This document shows, piece after piece, positions 19,852-29,869 of a stretch of 64,000 nucleotides of DNA (position 1 is its first letter; the number at the start of each line of letters is the position of its first letter). Source of the stretch: Candidatus Latescibacterota bacterium (GTDB lineage: Bacteria; Latescibacterota; UBA2968; GCA-2709665); assembly GCA_965237675.1 (NCBI GenBank), contig OZ250150.1, positions 1,600,001 through 1,664,000 of the forward strand. Reading direction: 5' to 3'. The notes below the pieces were generated by a model, which saw only the letters and a program-made list of their open reading frames with translations, searched no databases and was not told the origin of the DNA. Made by a program: the position numbers and the translations under genes.

Positions 19852-21423
19852 CTATTTGTACCTGGTCATCTGGCCGGATTTCAGTCGGTTCCAGTATTCG
19901 GTGAGAGTGGCTTTGATCTGTTGGCTCAGGATCACGCCGCCGATGATGTTGGGGAAGGCCATTCCAAGGATCATCATGTCAGTGAAGCTGAGCACGTTGT
20001 CCAGGGCGGTAACGGCGCCCAGGAAGACAAAAACGACGAAGATAACGCGGTACCCAATGATGGTCTCTTCTCCGAAAAGATACTCCCAGGCTCGCTCGCC
20101 GTAATAGGACCAGGATATCATCGTGGAATAGGCAAAGAGCACGACGGCGATTGCGAGCACATAGCGGGCGCCGGGAATGAAGGTTTCGAAAGCCGCGGCT
20201 GTCATCGCGGCGCCGACCGGTTGTCCCTGCTGGGCCTGGCCGATAAATTGAGGGTCTGCGTAGACGCCCGTGATCAGACAGACGAGGCCCGTCATCAGGC
20301 AGATGACGATTGTGTCAATAAAGGGTCCGATCATGGCGACCATGCCCTCGCGGGCGGGTTCGTCGGTTTTGGCGGCGGCATGCGCGAACGCCGCGGACCC
20401 GAGGCCGGCCTCGTTCGAGAAGGCGGCGCGCTTGATACCGGTTACCAGCACACCCACAAAGCCGCCGTAGAGCGCATAGGGGGAAAAGGCATGGCTGACG
20501 ATGGTGACCAGCAATTCCGGAATCCGGGTAAAGTTGGAAACGATGATCAGAAGGCAGGCGGCCACGTACAAGAGGCACATAGTGGGCACCACCCGGGACG
20601 TGACGCGGCCGATTCGCCGGATGCCGCCGATAATGACTACGGCGACCATGGCGGCGAGCAGGATGCCGACCAACCAGTTGTAGGTTTTGAAGACCGGCGA
20701 AACGGTACCCAGTATTTCCAGGGTCTGATTGGCCTGGAACATATTGCCGCCGCCCAGGCTTCCGCCGACGGTGAGAAAAGCGAACATCACGGCCAGGGTA
20801 CGGCCGAATTCCCGCAGGCCCTTTGATTTGAGGCCGTTTTCCAGGTAATACATGGGTCCGCCGGAGACACGGCCGTCGGGGTGTATGTTCCTGTACATAA
20901 TCGCCAGGGTGCAGGAGGCGAGTTTGGAGGACATGCCGAAGATCGCGGTGACGAGCATCCAGAAAATCGCACCCGGCCCGCCAAGGCTGACGGCGATGGC
21001 CACGCCTGCAATGTTCCCCAGACCGACCGTGGCCGAAAGCGCGCTGGTGAGGGCCTGAAAATGGGAAATTTCTCCGGGATCGTCCGGATTGTCGAAGCGC
21101 CCGCGGATGATGTCGATGGAGTGGCGGAACCCCCTTATGGAGAGCCAGCCGAAGAAGAAGGAATAATAAATTCCCCCCAGTAGAAGGACCAGAACGATGA
21201 GTGGAATACCCGTGCCGAACCGCGCGAAGAGAATGGCTTCCAGGAGCTTGACCGAGGTCCCGAAAAGGCTGTCGAGTTCGGCAAGTTGTGCCTGTATCCA
21301 ATCGTTGGACACGGCCGGTTCCAGAGCGGCGGTTTCTTGTCCGAAGGCCAGGATGGGAAAGACGAGTGTCAGCAGCCAGATTGAACTGAATAACACCACG
21401 GAACCACGATTGACTCTATGCAT
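19852..21423 (-). CDS. Alanine/glycine:cation symporter (AlsT/AgcS family)
   Basis: SHFQAL..ALSATVGLGNIAGVA, GGPGAIFWM, GGPMYY, FSNEAGLGSA, FIDTIVIC. Confidence 0.93.
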   Translation of the reverse strand: MHRVNRGSVVLFSSIWLLTLVFPILAFGQETAALEPAVSNDWIQAQLAELDSLFGTSVKLLEAILFARFGTGIPLIVLVLLLGGIYYSFFFGWLSIRGFRHSIDIIRGRFDNPDDPGEISHFQALTSALSATVGLGNIAGVAIAVSLGGPGAIFWMLVTAIFGMSSKLASCTLAIMYRNIHPDGRVSGGPMYYLENGLKSKGLREFGRTLAVMFAFLTVGGSLGGGNMFQANQTLEILGTVSPVFKTYNWLVGILLAAMVAVVIIGGIRRIGRVTSRVVPTMCLLYVAACLLIIVSNFTRIPELLVTIVSHAFSPYALYGGFVGVLVTGIKRAAFSNEAGLGSAAFAHAAAKTDEPAREGMVAMIGPFIDTIVICLMTGLVCLITGVYADPQFIGQAQQGQPVGAAMTAAAFETFIPGARYVLAIAVVLFAYSTMISWSYYGERAWEYLFGEETIIGYRVIFVVFVFLGAVTALDNVLSFTDMMILGMAFPNIIGGVILSQQIKATLTEYWNRLKSGQMTRYK

Positions 21424-21584
21424 AAAGACCTTCCTTGCCATCGGGTTGTGGGATACGCAAGTGTTGAACGCACGTCGCGTTGCGTGAATATGTTGAATCC
21501 TGAGCCGATAGGCAACAGCAATCCCACACGCTCGAATCACGCTTCCGAAAGGCGACATACAGCCCGTTCGGCTTATTCCAACCG

Positions 21585-22463
21585 TTACTGAATTGCAGTC
21601 TCCTCACCATCACTCGGGCTTCGGCCGGTAATCCAGCGCAGGCGCTCCTCGTGTGATATCTCCGCGAGCCGGAGGTTCTCCTCGGTGACGGATAGACACC
21701 GTGAAATCTCCCTGTACCCGCGGATGAAGGTCTCGGCGTAGCCGATGTTGGCCTTCCACCCCTGAAATCCGGCGCTGGACTCGATCCGCTTTCTCGCGAA
21801 TTCCGCCGTGTGCCCCTGGGATTCGAAGATTGTTTCGGCCTTTATCCGATTGTCGACCTGGTCGGAGATATCGATACAGACGTCCACCTCGTGGAAGCCG
21901 TAGTCGACGCCCGTATAGTAGATGGAAGCCACCCTGTGAGGCGCGCGATTCCGCTCAGTGTCGGGGATGGACACGTGGTTGAGCGCCTTTTGCACGGCAA
22001 TACCGGCCGCGGTATGGTCGTTGACCCATGCGTAGTGACAGCGGCGGTCGGGCAAGGTGTAGGGCGCATGGGTCAGAATCATTTGAGGACGGACATCGTA
22101 CAGAATCTCGGCAAGCGCCGACACCACGTCGTCGGTGACCTCAAGGGGATGATCGGAGAATGGCAGTACCGTCACGTCGGTGATGCCGAAGACGGCGCAG
22201 GCCTTCACGAATTCGCGTGTTTTGCGCTTTGCATAACTCTCCCGGGATCCGTCAACGACGTTCTTGTCTCTCCGGCCGGGCGGCTTGCGCAGTTCGTCGG
22301 CCAGTTTTTCGTTGTGGGTGCGCTGCCCGCCGGTTAACGCCACCACGGAAACGGGGTCGCCGCGGTCGACATGGTGCGCACAGGTACCCCCCATGTGGCA
22401 CACATCGTGCGGATGAGCGACTACGACCAGGAGTTTGAGACCACCTTCGTTTGGGGACGACAT
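21585..22463 (-). CDS. PIG-L/LmbE-family deacetylase
   Basis: VVAHPHD metal motif, RPQMILTH, NDH, FESQ. Confidence 0.8.
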   Translation of the reverse strand: MSSPNEGGLKLLVVVAHPHDVCHMGGTCAHHVDRGDPVSVVALTGGQRTHNEKLADELRKPPGRRDKNVVDGSRESYAKRKTREFVKACAVFGITDVTVLPFSDHPLEVTDDVVSALAEILYDVRPQMILTHAPYTLPDRRCHYAWVNDHTAAGIAVQKALNHVSIPDTERNRAPHRVASIYYTGVDYGFHEVDVCIDISDQVDNRIKAETIFESQGHTAEFARKRIESSAGFQGWKANIGYAETFIRGYREISRCLSVTEENLRLAEISHEERLRWITGRSPSDGEETAIQ

Positions 22464-22535
22464 GGGTTGATCCCCTTTCCGGCTGCGATGGGTTGAAAGC
22501 ACTTCGGCGTGCCGTGCCTTGTCGCCAAACCTGTG

Positions 22536-24212
22536 TCAGGCCGGCGGAGACCACGCCGGCGGGGCGATGCCCTCGATATGGGTTTTGACGTCGATAACGG
22601 CGGGTTTTCCGGATGCGATCGCCTGGTCGAGGGCGCTGCCGAACGCTCCTGTACGGCGGACCGTGATGCCAAGGCAGCCCATCGATACCGCCATTCCGGC
22701 GAAGTCGCCGTCCGTCATATGCCAGAGTTCGTCGGATCCCGGGTCCGGGCCTCCGTAGATATCTTCGTTGAGTTCCTTTTCCTGGTTCAGCGAATGGTTG
22801 TTGTTTACAACGATGACAACGGGAATGTCGTTTCGAAGGGCGGTGTCGAGTTCCGTGACGTGGTACCAGATGCCGCCGTCACCCGTAAAGCACACAACCG
22901 GGCGATCCGGTGCGGCGCACCGGGCGCCGATGGCCGCGGGGATTCCCCAACCGAGGGAACCGGAACATCGGACATAGGACTGACCCGGATGTATGAGATC
23001 GATCATGGTACCGGTCCAGATTCCGGAGTGGCCGGTATCGGAAACAAGAATGGCATTGGGAGGAAGGTGTCTCGTCAGTTCCCCACACAGCCGCTCGGGC
23101 CGAATGGGCACGTCATCGGAGTTGACGAACGGGGCCACGTTCTCCCGCCATTCGGAGGTGAGTTGCCGGACGCGCGACATCCAGGCGTTTCGGTGGGTGG
23201 GTGGGGGTGCGGCTTCGATCAGCCTGGACAGGCCGGCTCGCGCGTCGGCCTGAATGCCAAGCAGGATCGGGTAGGAGCGTCCGATTTCAGCGGGATTGAT
23301 ATCGAGTTGGAGAACAGGGGTGCCGGCACGGGGAACGGTCCAATCGTTCGTGACCTGCCCACCGGTATGGCTGCCGATAAAGAAGACCAGGTCCGCCTCG
23401 GAGACGGCGCGGTTGGCGCATTCGCGAGAGTACAAACCGCAGACGCCCACGGCGAGGGGATGGTCATAGGGGAAGGACGCTTTGGCGTTCAACGAAGTCG
23501 CTACGGGTATGGAGAGCCTTTCCGCGAAGGTCTGAAGCTCCGCGCTGGCGCCGGAGGCGATGATCCCGCCACCCGCGACGATGATTGGGCGTTTCGCCGC
23601 CGTCAGCAGATCAACCGCCTCGTGGACGGACGCGGGCTCCGGCTCGGGGCGAAACGGAGGCAGTTGGGAGAAGGGTTCTTCAACGACCACATCCAGTTCG
23701 GCCTCGCCGTTCGCTACGATTTCCCCGATGAATCCTGCGATGTCGAGGTGAACAGGCCCGGGGGTTGCCGTGGTGGCTTCCCGGAAGGCCTGCCTGAGAA
23801 AATAGGGGAGCTGATCCGGCTGGTCCACCAGAACGTTGTACTTGGTTACCGCATCGAAAGGCGCAACGTGATCCACTTCCTGGTACGCGTGCCTGTGCCG
23901 GTTGATCTGTGTCTGACGGCCGGTGATCGCGATGACGGGAGAACATGCGAGGTATGCGTCCTGAAGTCCGGCCGCGAGGTTTGCGGCGCCCACGGATTGG
24001 GCCATACAGATGCCTGCGCCACGGCGGACACGCGCATAGGCGTCGGCCATATAGGCCGCGCTTTTTTCGCCATGGGTCATGATGCGCCGGATACCGAGCC
24101 GCTCCATTTCCATCAGGGCGCGAGGCGCGATCACGGGCATGAAAAAGACATGGGTGATACCGTGCCCGTGGAACGTCTCAGCGATGAACCGACCGCCGGT
24201 CAGGCGGGGCAT
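22536..24212 (-). CDS. Thiamine-pyrophosphate-binding enzyme (acetolactate synthase-like)
   Basis: HGEKSAAYMADAYAR, PGPVHLD, GSLGWGIPAAIG, TPP motif GDGG...NN. Confidence 0.9.
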   Translation of the reverse strand: MPRLTGGRFIAETFHGHGITHVFFMPVIAPRALMEMERLGIRRIMTHGEKSAAYMADAYARVRRGAGICMAQSVGAANLAAGLQDAYLACSPVIAITGRQTQINRHRHAYQEVDHVAPFDAVTKYNVLVDQPDQLPYFLRQAFREATTATPGPVHLDIAGFIGEIVANGEAELDVVVEEPFSQLPPFRPEPEPASVHEAVDLLTAAKRPIIVAGGGIIASGASAELQTFAERLSIPVATSLNAKASFPYDHPLAVGVCGLYSRECANRAVSEADLVFFIGSHTGGQVTNDWTVPRAGTPVLQLDINPAEIGRSYPILLGIQADARAGLSRLIEAAPPPTHRNAWMSRVRQLTSEWRENVAPFVNSDDVPIRPERLCGELTRHLPPNAILVSDTGHSGIWTGTMIDLIHPGQSYVRCSGSLGWGIPAAIGARCAAPDRPVVCFTGDGGIWYHVTELDTALRNDIPVVIVVNNNHSLNQEKELNEDIYGGPDPGSDELWHMTDGDFAGMAVSMGCLGITVRRTGAFGSALDQAIASGKPAVIDVKTHIEGIAPPAWSPPA

Positions 24213-24508
24213 GAATTCGCTCCTCTACGATGTATTGTCATGTGGGGCGCAGGCGGAAGTTGTTGGGCGCGTGGATCGAAATCTAAGGTGACAAGGTTGA
24301 ATTTGAAAGTGAAAACGGGACGGCCCGGAGAAACGCGAATCGGCGACGACAGCCCTCCGCGCCTCTATTGCGTCCCGTAAAGACGAGGTTCCAGTCTCTC
24401 TGGCGGACGTTGAACCCGGTGTTTCCGCTTGACTTTTCACGCCGTGTGGGAGATTATGAGACCTGCGGCGCTTTCGCCCGTCGCAGCGCGTAAATTCAGG
24501 AGGTCGGT

Positions 24509-25501
24509 GTGGAGCTTTCTCTGTATCTGCCTATTGCGGGCACGAGCGTCAACCTATGGATCTTGTTGACGTTGGGTGCTGGCGTGGGTTTGCTTTCCGG
24601 TCTTTTCGGCGTGGGTGGCGGGTTTCTTTTGACGCCTCTGTTAATCATGATCGGGATTCCACCCACGATTGCCGCGGCATCCGACGCCAATCAGATCGTA
24701 GCCGCGTCCGCATCCGGCGTGTACGCCCACTGGCGGCTGAAAAACGTCGATCTGCGTATGGCCTTTTTTCTGATTCTGGGTGGGTTCGCCGGAGGTGCGG
24801 CCGGGGTGCACCTTATCAAGGTGCTGCGGGCCGTCGGCAGCGCGGACCTTGCCATACATATCAGCTATGTGCTCATGCTGGCGTCCGTGGGTGGCTTTAT
24901 GTTTGTGGAGGGTCTGCTGAGTCGGCGTACCGGAGAGACGGTGAAGGCCGCAGACCGGTCCAGGGAGGAATTGCGAATCACCTGGGCGAAACGCCCGCTG
25001 GCATGGGTGAGTAAGATGGCCCGTGTGGTGTCCTGGGTCGTCGGGCTCAACCGGGCGCTGCCGTGGAAAATACGGTTCGAGACGGCCGGCATGACCATGT
25101 CGTTGCTGGTTCCGCTGGGGCTGGGCGTCCTCGTGGGTATGCTGGCGGCGATTATGGGGGTTGGCGGCGGGTTTATCATGGTGCCAACCATGCTGTATGT
25201 GTTGAAAATGCCCATGCACGTGGTGGTGGGAACCAGCCTGTTGCAGGTGATGTTTACATGTATCAACGTGACCCTGATGCATGCGTATACGAATCATACC
25301 GTGGATTTTGTGCTGGCGTTGATGCTGCTTGCGGGGTCAACGTTGGGTACGCAGGCGGGCGTGCGAATTGGCAGGCGGTTAGGGGCAGAGCAGTTCAAGA
25401 TGCTTCTGGCGGCGATTGTGCTCCTGGTGATGGCAAACATGCTGGCGGATCTTCTGCTGGAGCCGGCGATCAGGCTTTCCGACTGGGGAGGGCTCGGATG
25501 A
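24509..25501 (+). CDS. Sulfite exporter TauE/SafE-family membrane protein
   Basis: SGLFGVGGGFLLTPLL and MGVGGGFIMVP repeats, VGTSL, NHTVD. Confidence 0.88.
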   Translation: MELSLYLPIAGTSVNLWILLTLGAGVGLLSGLFGVGGGFLLTPLLIMIGIPPTIAAASDANQIVAASASGVYAHWRLKNVDLRMAFFLILGGFAGGAAGVHLIKVLRAVGSADLAIHISYVLMLASVGGFMFVEGLLSRRTGETVKAADRSREELRITWAKRPLAWVSKMARVVSWVVGLNRALPWKIRFETAGMTMSLLVPLGLGVLVGMLAAIMGVGGGFIMVPTMLYVLKMPMHVVVGTSLLQVMFTCINVTLMHAYTNHTVDFVLALMLLAGSTLGTQAGVRIGRRLGAEQFKMLLAAIVLLVMANMLADLLLEPAIRLSDWGGLG

Positions 25502-26238
25502 AATATCGGGTCCGGGTCGGAATGTTTCTGACGCTTCTGTCCGTGCCCTGCGCGGCACAACCGTCGCTCCAGCTGGTCCCTTCACGCATTGAGGTCGACC
25601 TTTTTTTCCGGGGCGCGGAACTTGTCGCGACCGGGACGGTCCCGAGAGATTGCCGGGTCGTTTTGAAGCTGGAAGGGGAGCGGCGCGTCGTGGCTTATCG
25701 CAGAAAGGACAGACGCGGTCCTTTATGGATAGGTACGGGCCGCGTTGTATTCGACTCGCTCCCCGGTCTGTATTTGGTCGCTTCCTCCAGCGATTCGCCG
25801 GACGTTGGGCTGCAGCTGGAAACCGTGGGGGTGGGCTTTGAAGCGCTACGGCGGAACGTCTCCATTGAACAGTCGCCACCCGCCGATGACGGCTTCGTTT
25901 TCGACGAGTTCCTGCGTCTGGAAAAACAACGTGGTTTTTACGCGGTGCGGCCCGGATCGCTGGTGTTGTCAGATCGAGACGGCGCATTGGCGGAGTTTCG
26001 CACGGAATTCCGGATTCCGGCCACGGTGCGACCCGGAGCCTATCGAGCGACACTTTACTGCTTCAAAGAACACCATCCGGTTTCGGAGACCGTTCGGACC
26101 TTTACCGTCGAAAAAGCCGGGCTCGTTCGAGTGCTTTCCGTCGCCGCCTTCCAGCATGGGGGTCTCTACGGCCTGATCTCGGTTGTCGTGGCGCTGGCTG
26201 CGGGGTTGGTTGTGGGCGTGATCTTCCGTAAATTGTAA
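25498..26238 (+). CDS. TIGR02186-like protein (usual partner of this TauE subfamily)
   Basis: ATGA overlap with tauE; signal peptide, F.GAEL...G, RRKDR.GPLW, P..VRPG.Y, C-terminal TM helix LYGL..V..A..AG. Confidence 0.72.
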   Translation: MKYRVRVGMFLTLLSVPCAAQPSLQLVPSRIEVDLFFRGAELVATGTVPRDCRVVLKLEGERRVVAYRRKDRRGPLWIGTGRVVFDSLPGLYLVASSSDSPDVGLQLETVGVGFEALRRNVSIEQSPPADDGFVFDEFLRLEKQRGFYAVRPGSLVLSDRDGALAEFRTEFRIPATVRPGAYRATLYCFKEHHPVSETVRTFTVEKAGLVRVLSVAAFQHGGLYGLISVVVALAAGLVVGVIFRKL

Positions 26239-26493
26239 TGGGCACACGACGATGCGCATGAGGAGGGCGGTCGTGGTCATGTCCCATGGGGCGTTGCGTC
26301 CGCTCAGTTGCCCATACGCCGCGAGTCAGTGACGGTTTTGCGGCTCCCGATAATAACCTCTGTTCCGGCGGGTGGGCATTGGGGATGCTATCGGGATGGA
26401 TAGACGGTCCGGCGGGAAATGCAGCGAGGAGAGGGAATCTCACTTCTTTGAAGCGAGTATCCTCAACCCGCCGCCCGGGAAAGGAGTTCTGGC

Positions 26494-27270
26494 ATGTTTA
26501 CGGTTCGGACGACGCTGACGGTCTGCTTTGCGCTGTGTACGATGGCAATTGGAGGGCGCGCGAGCGCGAACAAGATGTCAACAGGCGATTCGAAGACCGA
26601 CGGTCTGATGGTCGCCATTCAGGAAAAGCTGAAGACGATCAAGACCTGTGAAACACGAGTCAGAACCCTGTTGACGCTGGAGGGCGAGCAATTTGAGATT
26701 ATGGACGATATCACCATACAGGTGCCGGTCAAGATGCATGTATCCCGTGTGCTTGCAGGCCGGATCCATCAGACGATTGTGTCGGATGGCAGTCTGTTGT
26801 GGCGTTACGACCCCGAGGAGAAGATCGTCGCACGAATCAACAAGGCAAGGGTCTATCGTGCAACGCAGGTGGAGGCGGACGCAGACCAGCCGAATCCCAC
26901 CCGGCCCTTCCGCGCACTCGAATGGAAGTCGATCCGCTATTCGGAGACGGACACGTTGAAGGGCGAGATACTGCGAGTGTTCGAAGCGGTGCCGCAGGTT
27001 TCGCTGCTCTACGCCGACCTTTCGGAACCGCCCGCCAGGGTTCGTTTCTCCATCCACCCGGAGGACGGCCTGTTGCGGGAGGTGAGGTACTTTAACGCAG
27101 AGGGCAGGGAACTGCTTTCACGGCAATTTGAAACCCTGAAAACAAACGTAAAGGTCGACGATGAGTTGTTCGAGTTCGTCGTACCGGCCCGGGTCCATGT
27201 GATGGATATCACCGACGACATCATCGAACTGATCAAGACGACGAAGTCGAATATAGGGGACGGTAAATGA
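26494..27270 (+). CDS. LolA-like outer-membrane lipoprotein carrier / periplasmic protein
   Basis: Signal peptide, IVSDGSLLWRYDP, N.KVDDELFEFVVP; GGAG RBS. Confidence 0.7.
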   Translation: MFTVRTTLTVCFALCTMAIGGRASANKMSTGDSKTDGLMVAIQEKLKTIKTCETRVRTLLTLEGEQFEIMDDITIQVPVKMHVSRVLAGRIHQTIVSDGSLLWRYDPEEKIVARINKARVYRATQVEADADQPNPTRPFRALEWKSIRYSETDTLKGEILRVFEAVPQVSLLYADLSEPPARVRFSIHPEDGLLREVRYFNAEGRELLSRQFETLKTNVKVDDELFEFVVPARVHVMDITDDIIELIKTTKSNIGDGK

Positions 27271-27291
27271 GGTACGTACCGGCGCCGTTCC

Positions 27292-28611
27292 CTACAGGGC
27301 CAGGCCGAATTTTCCCGCCATCAGGGCGGCCAGCCCCAGAAAACTGATGAACCCGATAACGTCGGTTACGGTGGTCAGGAAAATTGACGCCGACTGCGCC
27401 GGATCTTTGCCCAAAACCGTGAGAACAATAGGAATGAGCGCACCTGACAGACTGGCCATGGACATGGAGAACACCATCGAAACGCCCAGCACAACGGGAA
27501 GCCCGATGTTTCCGGACCAGAGGTAGGCCGCCAGGGACGCGACCAGCGCCACGACCACCCCATTGACAAAACCAGCCAACAGTTCCTTGCGGGCAACCCG
27601 GAACCAGCGCCGCGGCCTGAACTCGCGCAGCGCCAGGCCGCGAGACGCCACGGCCAGCGCCTGGGCGCCGGTGTTGCCCGCCTGTCCGGCCACCACGGGC
27701 AGAAACACGGCCAGGGCGGTGAACCTGGCGATGGTATCCTCGAACAGGGCGACCGCCGCGGCTGCCAGAAAGGCCGTACCCAGATTGACCTGCAGCCAGG
27801 GCAACCGCTTGCGCACGGCCAATAGCGGACCTGAAAGAGCGTGTTCCTCCCGCCCAGCGCCGACCATCGTCAGGAGATTCTCACTGGCCTCATGCCTGGC
27901 GGCAACCACCAGGGCATCGTGGCGGATGATTCCACATAACCGACCCTCGAAACCGCTGATTACGGGCAGCGAAGCCAATTTATGCGCCTCAAGAAGCTCT
28001 ACCACTTCCTCTCTCGATGACATGGCCTGCACGGACACGGGAGGCCCGTCCGCCAGTTGTCCAAGGCGGTCTCCGGGCTGGGCCACGGCGACTTCCTGAA
28101 GCGTAAGTACCGCGGTCAGCTTCCCGTCGGCGTCGACAACGCACAGATCGTGGATACGTCGCTCAGGAACGGCGCGGATCCGGGTGAGGGCCTCATGGGC
28201 GGTCTCGTCGTCGCTGAACACGGTCACCGAGCTATCCATGATCTGGCCGGCCGAACCCCGCGGATAGCTCATCAGTTCTTCCATTTCGGAGGCCAGTTCG
28301 GGAGGCAGCGAGGCCAGGCGCACGGAACGGCTCTCCGGCGACAGCCGGGCCAGGAGAGAGGCCGCGACGCCTTCGTCCATAGCCCCCCAGAGCCGACGGA
28401 ACAGGGCCTCGTCCATGTTCTCCACGAGCATGACGGCCCGATCCGGATCCAGGCGTTTCAGAACCTGCGCGGCCCGGTCGCCTGCCTGGGCCTTTAACAG
28501 TTCAAGAGCCTCGGTTACGGGTGTCGTGGCCAGCGCACGGGCGGCCTCATCCGGATGGAGCCGAAAAAAGGCCGTTATAAGGGCCTGCGAGGCCTTCGTG
28601 TTTTCAGTCAT
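27292..28611 (-). CDS. mgtE: Magnesium transporter MgtE
   Basis: MgtE_N, CBS pair (SAGQIM), KRLPWL.VNL, AGNTGAQ, DPA..SA.IFLTTVTD. Confidence 0.88.
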   Translation of the reverse strand: MTENTKASQALITAFFRLHPDEAARALATTPVTEALELLKAQAGDRAAQVLKRLDPDRAVMLVENMDEALFRRLWGAMDEGVAASLLARLSPESRSVRLASLPPELASEMEELMSYPRGSAGQIMDSSVTVFSDDETAHEALTRIRAVPERRIHDLCVVDADGKLTAVLTLQEVAVAQPGDRLGQLADGPPVSVQAMSSREEVVELLEAHKLASLPVISGFEGRLCGIIRHDALVVAARHEASENLLTMVGAGREEHALSGPLLAVRKRLPWLQVNLGTAFLAAAAVALFEDTIARFTALAVFLPVVAGQAGNTGAQALAVASRGLALREFRPRRWFRVARKELLAGFVNGVVVALVASLAAYLWSGNIGLPVVLGVSMVFSMSMASLSGALIPIVLTVLGKDPAQSASIFLTTVTDVIGFISFLGLAALMAGKFGLAL

Positions 28612-28632
28612 ACTGGACTCCTTACCGGATGG

Positions 28633-28845
28633 GACCTACCCCCTACCCCCCTTCCTGAGAGGAAGGGGGAACTGCGATCGGTTGACGAACGGCCAGATTG
28701 GCTGAGGACATCTCGAATGATGAAAAAACCCAGGCGAAATATTGTGATGGGTCAGCTCAATCAGAGCACATATAAAACAACGTTGATTCAACGCCTGGTT
28801 CAACTCCCCCTTTCCTTGCAGGAGAGGGGGCCGGGGGGAGAGGTC
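28633..28845. repeat. Inverted pair of CCCT..CCCC-type REP-like hairpins enclosing a short gene remnant (family D)
   Basis: GACCTACCCCCTACCCCCCTTCCTGAGAGGAAGGGGGAAC (28633-28672) and CTCCCCCTTTCCTTGCAGGAGAGGGGGCCGGGGGGAGAGGTC (28804-28845) are inverted homologues. Confidence 0.7.
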
Positions 28846-29022
28846 CTCCCTTATGATCAATCCCTTCACTTTTTACCGAAAAGACTTGCGAATAGGATCC
28901 TGTGATGAATTTCTTGATCCCCCACGGTAGTTTCCTCCAGGTTCATTGTTATACGGTTATTTGCGTAACCATTATACAGTGACTCTGAGTAACGAAACGA
29001 CCTTTTTTGCGAATTATTCAGG

Positions 29023-29865
29023 CTAACGATCGGAATGATCGGCGATCGGTTGTCCGAAATCCTCCGCTCCAAGGGCGCTTTTCGCGAGGGCCGACAGCCC
29101 GATGCGATATAGTTCTCCCAGCGCCGTACCGGCCTGACCGGGTTGCTGGAGGCGGTCCGTGCCCCTCGCCAGTTGGCGGAGGGTCTTGTGGCGCAGGACG
29201 CCGGCGAACAGATCCTGCTCGTCGAGTACGGGCAGAGTATGGAAATCCAGCCATGCCGGATGAACCAGCACCGAAGCCAGCGAATCGTCCGTTCGCAGAA
29301 ACCTTACGTCCCGGCGCATAAGCGAGGCCGCGGATGTCCGTTCATCGGCAGCCAGCAGTAACCTGAGATTGAGAACGCCTGCCAGTCTCCGATCCCGTTC
29401 CACAACATACACGTAGTACAGGGCATCGTCGGGATTGGCGTGCAATCTGGCCAGCGCCTCCCCGGCGGATATTTCGGGCGGGACGGTGAAGACCCGCGCA
29501 TCCATAAGCGCCCCGGCGGTCTTCTCACGGTAGCGCAACATTCGATCCAGATGCCTGGTGACGTCGGCGGGTAACTTCTCAAGGATCGCCGCTCTTGTTT
29601 CCGGCTTCAGCCGGCGAACGAGGTGGGCGGCGCGGTCCGTCGGCAACCCCCCCAGGGCGCCTGCGGCTCCCGTCGCCGACATACGCTCCAGACAGGCCAC
29701 GGCAGTGCTCGCTTCCATCGTGTTGAAAAGGGCGGTAGCCAGTTCGGGCGGGGTTTGGGAGAAGAAGGGCACCAATTCGTCCAGTGAACAGTTTTCCAAA
29801 ATGCGGGCAGCTTCCGCGGCGTGGGCGCGGATAAAGTGATAAATAAGATTCGATGCCCTGTCCAT
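29023..29865 (-). CDS. MgtE N-terminal / CBS-domain protein lacking the transmembrane domain
   Basis: Helical N-terminal region, Y.EKTAGALMD, YYVYVV...LAGVL, FHTLPVLD; paralogous to the cytosolic part of mgtE. Confidence 0.8.
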   Translation of the reverse strand: MDRASNLIYHFIRAHAAEAARILENCSLDELVPFFSQTPPELATALFNTMEASTAVACLERMSATGAAGALGGLPTDRAAHLVRRLKPETRAAILEKLPADVTRHLDRMLRYREKTAGALMDARVFTVPPEISAGEALARLHANPDDALYYVYVVERDRRLAGVLNLRLLLAADERTSAASLMRRDVRFLRTDDSLASVLVHPAWLDFHTLPVLDEQDLFAGVLRHKTLRQLARGTDRLQQPGQAGTALGELYRIGLSALAKSALGAEDFGQPIADHSDR

Positions 29866-29869
29866 AGTT

